From a virus: a stretch of 37,340 bases of DNA. Where the stretch lies: UHGV virus genome UHGV-1403306, one strand, 5' to 3'. Below, piece after piece: positions 16,860 to 25,086 of this stretch. Under the pieces are notes generated by a model. It saw nothing but the letters and a program-made list of their open reading frames with translations, was not told where the DNA came from and made no database searches. The position numbers and the translations under genes were made by a program. Positions within the stretch are counted from its first letter, which is position 1, and each line of letters begins with the position of its first letter.

Positions 16860-17591
16860 TTATTCACCATCCACTTTCACAGCAAACAGCCAGTAACGTT
16901 CATCAATTGCTTTGATTTCTTGTTCTGTATGTTTCAGTCTTCCGATGCATAACCCTTTATTGCCTTGTGTATATACAGCTCCATCGGTATCAGTCCAAAG
17001 ATAACAAAACTCTGTGTCACCGATTTTTGGTAAAGCAACATAAAATAGAGGTTCTTCATTTTCATTCCTTAACTCTTCAATTGATATGCATTCTGAGCAA
17101 TCGATACTATTCATTTTTTTAACTTCTGTATTTATACCAATGAGATTAGCAACTTCCAACGCTTCTTCTTCCTTTTTAAAAACAATAATTTTCTCGTCGC
17201 ATCTAAAATAATCTGTAACACCTCTGACCGCCCAATACAACTGTTCTTTCTCGACTTCGTAGCCAAACAACTTCATTCTTATCAATGTTTCAATTGGATA
17301 ATTCGTGGTATCGACAAGCCAATCTTGAAAATGACTTCTCTCATTTCTATTTGTATTAAAAGCATTTATTAAAACACCACCAAGTTCCCAATCTAACTCT
17401 TCAAAATTATCTTCGAACCAATACGCCACAAACTTTGGAACAATGGCTTTTTCCTGTACTTTAAGCTCTTTTATGACCTCAATTGCTGCATTTACTCCAT
17501 CGTCATAACCTCTTGTCCATTCATCTTCTGCCTCGCAGCCCCCGATATCATAGAGCGCTTGAATTAAATCTTCTTTTTCTTGTTTATTCAC
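16860..17591 (-). CDS. Hypothetical protein (early region)
   Basis: 243-aa ORF with a GTG start overlapping a 55-aa upstream small ORF at 17581-17748. Confidence 0.45.
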   Translation of the reverse strand: MNKQEKEDLIQALYDIGGCEAEDEWTRGYDDGVNAAIEVIKELKVQEKAIVPKFVAYWFEDNFEELDWELGGVLINAFNTNRNERSHFQDWLVDTTNYPIETLIRMKLFGYEVEKEQLYWAVRGVTDYFRCDEKIIVFKKEEEALEVANLIGINTEVKKMNSIDCSECISIEELRNENEEPLFYVALPKIGDTEFCYLWTDTDGAVYTQGNKGLCIGRLKHTEQEIKAIDERYWLFAVKVDGE

Positions 17592-17747
17592 CGCTAATCC
17601 CCCTTGAAACTGTTAAAACAGTAGACAGATGTCCGTTATTACGCAAATATTTCAATAAGTCCTCAATATCAGATACATCTTCATCTCCTCCGTAATAGAT
17701 GCTTTCAATTATTACAGCTAAATCTATATAGCTTATTTTTAATCGTT

Positions 17748-18071
17748 TCATTTCACTTCCTCCTTGCGTTTCTCAACATCATCAGACCAAGCAGCGTAAT
17801 AATCGAAGTCCCAGCCATCATCTCTTGGGTTTTCGTCCAAACAATCTGGATCATGCATTAATACGGCCTGTTTCACTTCTTTGGATTCATCTTCTAGTTC
17901 ATCTATCAAATCATCAGGTACCTCAATTGAGACTAATTTTACTGTTTCGTCTTCTTCTGGATCGTCAGCCATTAAATAGTCTTTTTCCTCTTCAAATTCT
18001 TTAGTTGCTTGAATTAAGCTTTCTGTCCAACGTCCAGTATTTTGGGAACTTTCATATCGATATAGTTTCAT
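17748..18071 (-). CDS. Highly acidic small protein (candidate DNA-mimic / anti-restriction protein)
   Basis: 107 aa with a very high Asp/Glu content (…DDPEEDETVKL…DDLIDELEDESKE…DDGWDFDYYAAWSDD). Early-gene position next to the MTase genes. Confidence 0.4.
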   Translation of the reverse strand: MKLYRYESSQNTGRWTESLIQATKEFEEEKDYLMADDPEEDETVKLVSIEVPDDLIDELEDESKEVKQAVLMHDPDCLDENPRDDGWDFDYYAAWSDDVEKRKEEVK

Positions 18072-18403
18072 TCCGTTTCCTCCTGTTCAATCCAATCTGC
18101 AAAAGCTCGTAATACTTGCGCTTGTTGCTTTGAATTCAATCCACAATAAGCTATATCTACGTTCCTAAGTTCTTTTGAGCCTATCCTTGTCTGCCATTCC
18201 CCGAGGAGAAAGACAGCACACATTGGACTTGCGTTATCTTGTTCAACATTTGCTTTCAACCAATCCAGAACGATCTGCTGATTTTCGTTTAGATATGGCC
18301 TTTTAAAACCTTTGACGATGTACAAAATATCTTCTGCTGACATATTTGCTTCGATGCGATCCATTTCTAGTTGACGTTCAATTTCTTTTATTAGTTCATG
18401 CAT
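18068..18403 (-). CDS. Hypothetical protein
   Basis: 111-aa ORF overlapping its neighbours. Confidence 0.35.
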   Translation of the reverse strand: MHELIKEIERQLEMDRIEANMSAEDILYIVKGFKRPYLNENQQIVLDWLKANVEQDNASPMCAVFLLGEWQTRIGSKELRNVDIAYCGLNSKQQAQVLRAFADWIEQEETE

Positions 18404-18844
18404 TTAATTTCCCTCCAATAATTCTGGGTTATCCCATACATTTCCGATAACTTCATATTCTTCGCTGTCAATGAATCTAACAGATGTTAATTTTCCATTT
18501 CTTAGCATTTTGGTGCAGAATGAACCTTTTTCAAATACAACAACGCTATTATTTATATGCGATTCGAAAGGAATGTAATATACTACATCCCCCTCAAAAA
18601 TTTCAACGCCGTTCTTATCTTTCAACCCTGTTGATTGCATGATGACATAAGGAAATTCATCCCAATTAAAAGTTGTATCATAACTTCCTATCTCTATTTC
18701 AGACGTGCCAGGACTGCCTTTAATCTGAAAATCCGTAATTATGGCCATCATGCTATTCGAGTCATCAAACAAAGGTGTAACATTTTCTAGCATTTCTTTC
18801 TCGTAGGTATCCCACGCTCTAAACTTTGGAATCATCTTCTTCAC
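18404..18844 (-). CDS. YopX-family protein
   Basis: 146 aa. FRAWDTYEKEM… and …KDKNGVEIFEGDVV… match the YopX signature. Confidence 0.6.
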   Translation of the reverse strand: MKKMIPKFRAWDTYEKEMLENVTPLFDDSNSMMAIITDFQIKGSPGTSEIEIGSYDTTFNWDEFPYVIMQSTGLKDKNGVEIFEGDVVYYIPFESHINNSVVVFEKGSFCTKMLRNGKLTSVRFIDSEEYEVIGNVWDNPELLEGN

Positions 18845-18857
18845 TCACTTTCTTAAA

Positions 18858-19298
18858 TTACAACATCAAATCCCCAAGAAAAGCTTTTTTCATTTCCTTA
18901 TAGATGGTTAGTTCATTTTCTGCTGTCGCTATTTCATCCGTGATATGATCCATCATCCGAACAAAGGCTTTTTGGGTTTCTCGATTGAATAACTCTATTG
19001 GAAAATTACCAATTTCCTTTTCTTGTATATTGATACCTGTTGCATACTTTGCAATAAATTTGTCTACATTTCTTTGTAGAATTAAATTGAAATACTTAGG
19101 CTCGATGCCATTTTGAGGAATAATCACAACTTCCTTTGTTGGTACTTCCCTAGGATATTCTAGAAAATCTATTTGGCCTTTCGTAGCCGATATTTGAATG
19201 GTTGATGTTCCAGCAGGATAAATGTATCCTGCTTTTGCCCTTCCAAATTCTGCAACATCTTCTAATTTGACACGTTCAAAGTTATCAAAATCAATCAT
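18858..19298 (-). CDS. Type I R-M specificity-subunit-like protein with a single target-recognition domain (half-HsdS)
   Basis: 146 aa. The N-terminus …VKLEDVAEFGRAKAGYIYPAGTSTIQISATKGQ matches the conserved start of HsdS TRDs. Its start overlaps the MTase stop (ATGA). Confidence 0.55.
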   Translation of the reverse strand: MIDFDNFERVKLEDVAEFGRAKAGYIYPAGTSTIQISATKGQIDFLEYPREVPTKEVVIIPQNGIEPKYFNLILQRNVDKFIAKYATGINIQEKEIGNFPIELFNRETQKAFVRMMDHITDEIATAENELTIYKEMKKAFLGDLML

Positions 19299-20611
19299 AA
19301 TAGGCTCAATTGCTCCCCTTCCGTCGGTTCTGCTCTCTTTATTGGTCGTTTTGGTTTTTGACTGTCCTTATACCCAACATGTTCCGAAAAGAATGAAGCA
19401 AACTCTTTTATTTGTCTATCAGCTTCTGGCGTAGTCCCAACTAAATCATTCATCATTTTGGCTAGTTCGATATTATTCTTTGCAATCTCTTGCTCTGTTT
19501 GTTTCATTTCTGCCATTATTTCAGATAGTGGCTTTACAGGTTCTGGTTCAAAAGTATCAACATAACGAGGTATGTTTAGATTAAAGTCATTTTCTTTCAA
19601 TTCTTCGATAGTAACTACACTGCTAAACTTATCAACTGCTTTTCTTGATTGGAACACTTCTAAAATTTTAGCAACATGTTCGTCTTCTAAAACATTCCAA
19701 GCCTTTTCCTTTTTAAATTCCTTGCTGGCATCAATGAATAAAATATCTTTATTCAATCGGTTCTTTTTTAAAACTAGAAGAACCGTCGGAATATCAGTAT
19801 TCATAAATGCTTTTGCAGGTAGTCCAATAACAGCATCTAGCAGATTCTTTTCAATAAGTTTCTTGCGAATCTTTTCTTCTGCAGCACCTCGAAACAAAAC
19901 GCCGTGCGGTAAAATAATAGACATTATGCCATTATCTTCCAATTGGTGTACACCCTGTAGTAGAAATGCGTAATCTGATTTTGATTTAGGAGCTAAGACA
20001 CCATAATCCGAAAAACGCTCTTGCTCTAAATACTCTTTTAATGGATTCCAAGGGAGCGAGTAAGGTGGATTCATGATGACCGTTTCCGATTTATTCGTTG
20101 GTACTTCGTCAACAATTTCAATAGAGCTAAACTCAGTTGATTTTGTTAATTTGTATATTGTTTTAAACTCACGACTTAATGAATCACCATGCAGAACTAC
20201 GGCATTTATATTTCTGATTGCTAAATTAAACAAGAGAAATGGCAATGCACGATCTGAAAACTCTTCACAATGAAACTGTGCATCAGGATTTTCTGCATAT
20301 CGTTTAATTGTTAAACCGCCAGTTCCTGCACAGATGTCTGCATTGGAACGAGTTGCCCCAAGAACTCCACTGGCAACCCGAATGATTCCATCTGGTGTAA
20401 AATCTTGCTTCTTGCCTTTTCGGTCTGAATGTTCCGCTTGAAAATATTCTGTGAACCAATCAAATGATAGGTCTTGTTCTTCTTTTAAAAAGTTGGTAAA
20501 TAGTAGTTCTCGTTCGCTTGGACTACTTAATATTTCAATCAATTTATAGGAAGCATGAAAGCTTTCATCAACACCTAGCAGTTCATTTATTTTTTCTGTT
20601 GTTAGTTTCAT
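19295..20611 (-). CDS. N6-adenine DNA methyltransferase, HsdM-like (motif I DICAGTGG, motif IV NPPY)
   Basis: 438 aa. AdoMet motif DICAGTGGL and catalytic MNPPYS are present. It is translationally coupled to the HsdS-like ORF. No R subunit is in the replicon. Confidence 0.85.
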   Translation of the reverse strand: MKLTTEKINELLGVDESFHASYKLIEILSSPSERELLFTNFLKEEQDLSFDWFTEYFQAEHSDRKGKKQDFTPDGIIRVASGVLGATRSNADICAGTGGLTIKRYAENPDAQFHCEEFSDRALPFLLFNLAIRNINAVVLHGDSLSREFKTIYKLTKSTEFSSIEIVDEVPTNKSETVIMNPPYSLPWNPLKEYLEQERFSDYGVLAPKSKSDYAFLLQGVHQLEDNGIMSIILPHGVLFRGAAEEKIRKKLIEKNLLDAVIGLPAKAFMNTDIPTVLLVLKKNRLNKDILFIDASKEFKKEKAWNVLEDEHVAKILEVFQSRKAVDKFSSVVTIEELKENDFNLNIPRYVDTFEPEPVKPLSEIMAEMKQTEQEIAKNNIELAKMMNDLVGTTPEADRQIKEFASFFSEHVGYKDSQKPKRPIKRAEPTEGEQLSLL

Positions 20612-20663
20612 CGTTTTTAAGGAGCAAAAAGCTTTTTAATGCGGCCGCAAACCTCCGCTCCTT
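20612..20663 (-). promoter_or_regulatory. Conserved hairpin leader of the N6-MTase gene (7-bp IR AAGGAGC/GCTCCTT, 31-nt loop with GCGGCCGC and AAAAAGCTTTTT palindromes)
   Basis: The inverted repeat 20619-20625 / 20657-20663 ends exactly 7 nt from the ATG. A near-identical element precedes the C5-MTase gene. Confidence 0.5.
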
Positions 20664-20664
20664 T

Positions 20665-21408
20665 CTATTTATTTTTCTCTAAAACTTTTTTAAATATGTC
20701 ATCCACTAATTTTTCTGGAATATTTGATCGTTCATTATAGCTTTTGGAAAAATTGCCCCAGGCAATTTCTTGTTTAATAACTTTATTTTTCAATCCCAAA
20801 TGAATATTACTGGCAAATTTCGTAGGCTTCTGTAATGGATAATCATAATTGTTATACTTGGTTAAATTTTTAAATGGTAGTTTAAAATTCAAGACATCTT
20901 CAATATATTCCCAAATTTTACCATTAGCCGGGTTCTCAATAATGAAATATCTGGGTTGGTACTTTTTTATAATTTTTATAGTATTAAAAACCGTTAACTC
21001 TCCATTCACTCTTTTTAAAAATTGTCGTTCATAAACATAATTAGTATCTTCGTAATCTTTTGTGGTTCTTATAGTAAACGGGCTTGGTAATATCTGTGGC
21101 GCAAATAAATTATCTGTTACATCTTCTCTTTTCCAACATGCATTCCCATTTTTCATTGCACTAGCTACTGACCAGCTTTCACATGGTGGGCTTGCAATGA
21201 TTAAATCTGGTTTTGGTAATTTGTCTAAAACTTTGAATAATTTATTATCATTAAACATATAAGAATAGTCCGCTAAATTCAGATGAATAAAATGGTCATT
21301 CTTATTTTCAATATCCAAACCTATGCTGTATATTTCTATATCTTCAAACTTTTGTGCAGAACGTTTATAACATCCGTTCCCACTATCAAATAGTGCCCAT
21401 ACTATCAT
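20665..21408 (-). CDS. Compact DNA (cytosine-5)-methyltransferase-like protein (motif I FDSGNG, PC motif SPPCE, ENV-like IIENP)
   Basis: 247 aa. Motifs I, IV (PCE in place of PCQ) and VI are recognisable in the right order. There is no obvious TRD or C-terminal motifs IX-X. Confidence 0.55.
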   Translation of the reverse strand: MIVWALFDSGNGCYKRSAQKFEDIEIYSIGLDIENKNDHFIHLNLADYSYMFNDNKLFKVLDKLPKPDLIIASPPCESWSVASAMKNGNACWKREDVTDNLFAPQILPSPFTIRTTKDYEDTNYVYERQFLKRVNGELTVFNTIKIIKKYQPRYFIIENPANGKIWEYIEDVLNFKLPFKNLTKYNNYDYPLQKPTKFASNIHLGLKNKVIKQEIAWGNFSKSYNERSNIPEKLVDDIFKKVLEKNK

Positions 21409-21459
21409 AATTTCAAAGGAGTAAAGAATTCTTTGTGGTCGACCAAACCTCCACTCCTT
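21409..21459 (-). promoter_or_regulatory. Conserved hairpin leader of the C5-MTase-like gene (7-bp IR AAGGAGT/ACTCCTT, 31-nt loop with GGTCGACC and AAAGAATTCTTT palindromes)
   Basis: The inverted repeat 21415-21421 / 21453-21459 ends 7 nt from the ATG. Same architecture and same GGAGGTTTG core as the N6-MTase leader. Confidence 0.5.
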
Positions 21460-21464
21460 CCTGA

Positions 21465-21692
21465 TTATTTGATTAATACATAAAATCCATTTTTCTTTGC
21501 AACGTCTCCTCGAATTCCCAAATGGCCTTCCAAATCTTCAAAGGTCCTTTTTGTAATTTTAGAAAGTTGCGTGTCATACCCCAAATTTCTAAGTGTCACG
21601 TACTCATTGGGTGTTAATTGGTCTAAATCTATTGCCACAATTGGCGGAAACCGTTCAGCCGACGGCTTAAATGTCACACTAGTTAATTTCAT
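21465..21692 (-). CDS. Hypothetical protein
   Basis: 75-aa ORF. Confidence 0.3.
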   Translation of the reverse strand: MKLTSVTFKPSAERFPPIVAIDLDQLTPNEYVTLRNLGYDTQLSKITKRTFEDLEGHLGIRGDVAKKNGFYVLIK

Positions 21693-21819
21693 CTTTTTTA
21701 CCTCACAATTTCACCGCTTTATTTTTCGATTTAAGGCGTTTCAAATCATTTATGATTAATTACCCTAAACTAGTTTTAAAATCTAGCTACGGTTGAATCA
21801 CGTTACAAAAACCAACAAA

Positions 21820-22344
21820 TTATTTCCTATTCATCCAAGACTGATTGCTCTTGGTTTTCTTTTTAGGTTTTTCTTGAAATGATTCTTCTCTCACTTTTTC
21901 AAGTAATTGTTTTGGTTTTTCTGGTGGAATTACAACGTTTACGACCTTTCCACCTGCCACTTCTGCAGCAAGATTTGCTAATTCATCGTCTGTAAAATGC
22001 ATCGCCTGCTTAATTTGATTAGTGATGTTCCCGTCTTTATCCAAATACCCAGCGCATTTCACTACTTTTACTTTTTCCACGTGATCACCTACTCTGTTTT
22101 TAATGTACTGCTTCAATTTTCGTATACCTTTACCTCGGTCTTGTCCTTTGCGGACCACCCAAGTGCCATTTATCCCGAAGTAATCAATGACACCTATAGG
22201 CGTTTCAATCGCAAATTGGCAACTACCTTCGAAGTATTCAAAGGGATAGCCTAGCTCATAAATATTCTTCATTGCCTCTGTACTCATGAATTGCACATGG
22301 GTTTTTCTTTTGTTTTTTAATTCTTGTGTTGGGTACTTTGTCAT
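21820..22344 (-). CDS. Hypothetical protein (replication-module accessory)
   Basis: 174-aa ORF immediately downstream of the rep gene. No confident family assignment. Confidence 0.45.
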   Translation of the reverse strand: MTKYPTQELKNKRKTHVQFMSTEAMKNIYELGYPFEYFEGSCQFAIETPIGVIDYFGINGTWVVRKGQDRGKGIRKLKQYIKNRVGDHVEKVKVVKCAGYLDKDGNITNQIKQAMHFTDDELANLAAEVAGGKVVNVVIPPEKPKQLLEKVREESFQEKPKKKTKSNQSWMNRK

Positions 22345-22347
22345 TCA

Positions 22348-23208
22348 CTATTTCCCCTCCATGAACTCTTTTATTTGTCTATCAAGTTCCGCTTGCTCTT
22401 CTGGAGACAATTTTTCCTCTTCTTGTTTTTGTTCATTCACCCAATCTGGCAATTTTTCTTGCCTTACTGGTGGTTTCGAGTAAGTTGTCTGTTGAGTTGG
22501 TATAGATAAATCATATTCATCGTTGTAACGATCATCACGAATCCAACGAAACAACTCTTGGGGATGATACCAGTCGTTTAATTTGATATACTTAAGGTAA
22601 TCTTTATATCCTTTTTTGAACTGATCCAAATCTTCTTCTGACTTAAATTTCTTTAAGAATTGCTCTTTAGCTTTTTTCTTATTGGTTTTCTTCGGATATG
22701 TTTTCCAAACTTTTTCGAATAATTCAGACATGGTTGAGCTCTGCTCAACACTATTCTTTTTATTCTTTGTATTATTCTTTGTATTATTAATTAATGTATT
22801 ATTCTCTGTGAAGTTTTCTTCACCAGGGGTAGTGAAATTTTCTTCACCACCCTCATGAAGATTTTTTCCATAGGTGATGAAATTTTCTTCACTAGGGGTG
22901 TAGAATTCTGTATCAGTTGGAAAAGGCAATATATAAATATGTCTACGATCTACAATTTTGCTATCTGGTTTGTAAAAGACTTGTATCTTTATATATTTTC
23001 GTTTTTCTAATTGCTTCATCCATGATATGATCGTCCGTTTGCTAACGTTGTATAGGCTGGCAAAGTATTGATTTGTTGCCCAACAGTAGCCTCTTTCATT
23101 TGCTAATGCTGTCAGCTCTCCATATAATAGCTTTGCATTCCCATTTAATTGGTTATCGTAGCGGACAATGGCTGGAATGATGGCATAAAAGCCTCTATGT
23201 TCATTCAC
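22348..23208 (-). CDS. Replication initiator / replisome organiser with an N-terminal HTH (HTH_36 / Phage_rep_org_N-like) and internal EENF repeats
   Basis: 286 aa. The N-terminus …LYGELTALANERGYCWATNQYFASLYNVSKRTIISWMKQLEKRKYIKI is a wHTH. A mid-gene nucleotide iteron cluster encodes the EENFTT repeats. Confidence 0.6.
   Translation of the reverse strand: MNEHRGFYAIIPAIVRYDNQLNGNAKLLYGELTALANERGYCWATNQYFASLYNVSKRTIISWMKQLEKRKYIKIQVFYKPDSKIVDRRHIYILPFPTDTEFYTPSEENFITYGKNLHEGGEENFTTPGEENFTENNTLINNTKNNTKNKKNSVEQSSTMSELFEKVWKTYPKKTNKKKAKEQFLKKFKSEEDLDQFKKGYKDYLKYIKLNDWYHPQELFRWIRDDRYNDEYDLSIPTQQTTYSKPPVRQEKLPDWVNEQKQEEEKLSPEEQAELDRQIKEFMEGK
22751..22900. repeat. Candidate origin of replication inside the rep gene: AT-rich TATTATTCTTTG direct repeats plus three ~20-bp iterons (GAAATTTTCTTCACCA-like)
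   Basis: Direct repeats at 22752-22805 (tattctttg x3) and 22810-22829, 22834-22853, 22879-22898 (gaa[ag]ttttcttcac…). Confidence 0.5.
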
Positions 23209-23423
23209 TGGTTATCCTCCTCATCAACAACGACCGTATAGACATATTTATGCCTAAATTCTCCGTTAACGACTTTTTTTATTGTTTGTGTTTCAATAGC
23301 TATCCCTTTTCCATTTCTTGAACCGACATAGACAAATGCTAATAGTTCAAAAAATAGTTTTTGACTCGATGTCAATTCCCTGTATTTTTCAAGTAATTCT
23401 TCTACCAAACTGTTAACCTCCAA
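23205..23423 (-). CDS. Hypothetical protein
   Basis: 72-aa ORF overlapping its neighbours. Confidence 0.3.
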   Translation of the reverse strand: MEVNSLVEELLEKYRELTSSQKLFFELLAFVYVGSRNGKGIAIETQTIKKVVNGEFRHKYVYTVVVDEEDNQ

Positions 23424-24054
23424 TATTCAACTTCTTACGTTCTTCAACGTTTAGTTTTACTGGTTTAATTTGATACTTGTTTAAAAAGTTCTTAGTACCT
23501 ATCTGATGTTCTTCTTGATGATGTTGACGACAACCAGCGTAAAAAATAAATGTTTCGTGATTAATCTTTTGACGATTCCGCCCCATGCCGACTACCTCTA
23601 TATGACAAACATCGGCATGTTTCCCACAAATACAACACTTACGGTATTTAAGGCAGTAATAAAACCATTTGTTATTTTCTAGCAAGTATTGGTATCTCTT
23701 TTCTAGTGGTACATCATTTTTCAAAATGAATTCGATTAAGAAACCGATCCACTCAGTCGCTTCATTCTTGGTAGCTCTACTATGTTCAAAGTAAACACCA
23801 CTCTTAGCTTCGTAGTAGTATTTCAAGACACTTTCAATCCATTTAGGTTCGTCATAGCTCCAACGTGCCACATCGGCTATTAGAACGTGAGAAAGTGCAT
23901 TCTGTTTTTGAGACATCTGTCGATTATCTAAGAATTCAACTTTCGCTAAATTATCATCGTTATTAGCCAGAAGTTCGAGAAAATTTGAATTTATTTCATC
24001 CTCAAATTCGATGGCCAACATATTCCCTTTATGTTTTATGATTTTCCCAATCAT
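23413..24054 (-). CDS. DUF968-like Cys/His-cluster protein (putative HNH-type nuclease associated with the recombination module)
   Basis: 213 aa with …CCICGKHADVCHIEVVGMGRNRQKINH…CRQHHQEEHQ. Located next to the Sak4-like ATPase. Confidence 0.4.
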   Translation of the reverse strand: MIGKIIKHKGNMLAIEFEDEINSNFLELLANNDDNLAKVEFLDNRQMSQKQNALSHVLIADVARWSYDEPKWIESVLKYYYEAKSGVYFEHSRATKNEATEWIGFLIEFILKNDVPLEKRYQYLLENNKWFYYCLKYRKCCICGKHADVCHIEVVGMGRNRQKINHETFIFYAGCRQHHQEEHQIGTKNFLNKYQIKPVKLNVEERKKLNIGG

Positions 24055-24058
24055 TCAA

Positions 24059-25075
24059 TCACTTCTTTTCAAAATCATTTGCAATCGGAGGATTTGCCTC
24101 GTCAAATAATTCTGTTTGTTCTTCATCGAGTTCGTTTTCACTTTGTTGTTCCACAGTAGGAACTTCAATCTTTTCTAACATTTCTTTCATACGCTCAAGA
24201 ACTTTAGTTTTTACGTTTTTTAAAGGTACGTTGTTAATCTTGCTGTGCAACTCTTTAAACATATTTTCATGATTTTCAGATTGTGTAGCAAGTTCTGTAA
24301 TACTACTAATTAATTCATCTTTTAATTTTTCTAAATCTATTCCTTCGCTACTCCATTCATATATTTTTTCGCCTACTTCTTTTGTTATTTTAAAAGGCAT
24401 ATTAAACATATTTGAGTTATCTTTTGTAGCTTCCGCTATGTGGTCCTGATCAATACGTAAAGCGATAGCAAATTCATATTCCAAACTATCTTTTTGATCA
24501 GGTTTCAACCCTAGTTTTACTACTTGTGTTTTACCTTGTTCATTTTTTTCCATGTCGTAGGCTTGCTTACTTCTAGACGTTCCAATCACATACATTGAAT
24601 TTCCTGTTACTAACTTAAGAAATTCTTTCTCTAATGGTTTTACTTTATTCCAAGCCAACATTTGATTTTTAGAGTTGCCTCTCTGATGGTTTTCTACTTG
24701 TTCTAAAATGCCACCTTCACCACTCCAAGCATGCGTTAGAGAATCGACTATAACCACTTCAACCCCAGCTTGTTTGAATAAATTAAAAGCCTGTATATAT
24801 CGCTGTACAGTAAATGGTGCTTCAAAATCAATATGCAAAAATTCCCCTATGTCGACATTTCCAATGGTTGAATCAGCATATAACAACGATCGTTTGTGCT
24901 CAGTGTCAATGACACCTATTTTTTCCCATTGTTCTTGTTCTGATAAGTCTGAATGCATTTTTTCAATAATTCCTTTAGCAATAAACAACGCACTTACTGT
25001 TTTTCCACTACCACTTGCGCCAGTTATCATGATAGGAACTTTTATTTTTTCGCGTTTAGCCTTTTTTATTTCCAT
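24059..25075 (-). CDS. RecA-fold AAA ATPase (AAA_24 / Sak4-like recombination protein)
   Basis: 338 aa. Walker A GASGSGKTV and Walker B VVIVDSLTH. Gp157 then this ATPase is the usual gene order. Confidence 0.7.
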   Translation of the reverse strand: MEIKKAKREKIKVPIMITGASGSGKTVSALFIAKGIIEKMHSDLSEQEQWEKIGVIDTEHKRSLLYADSTIGNVDIGEFLHIDFEAPFTVQRYIQAFNLFKQAGVEVVIVDSLTHAWSGEGGILEQVENHQRGNSKNQMLAWNKVKPLEKEFLKLVTGNSMYVIGTSRSKQAYDMEKNEQGKTQVVKLGLKPDQKDSLEYEFAIALRIDQDHIAEATKDNSNMFNMPFKITKEVGEKIYEWSSEGIDLEKLKDELISSITELATQSENHENMFKELHSKINNVPLKNVKTKVLERMKEMLEKIEVPTVEQQSENELDEEQTELFDEANPPIANDFEKK

Positions 25076-25086
25076 ATTGAAACCTC

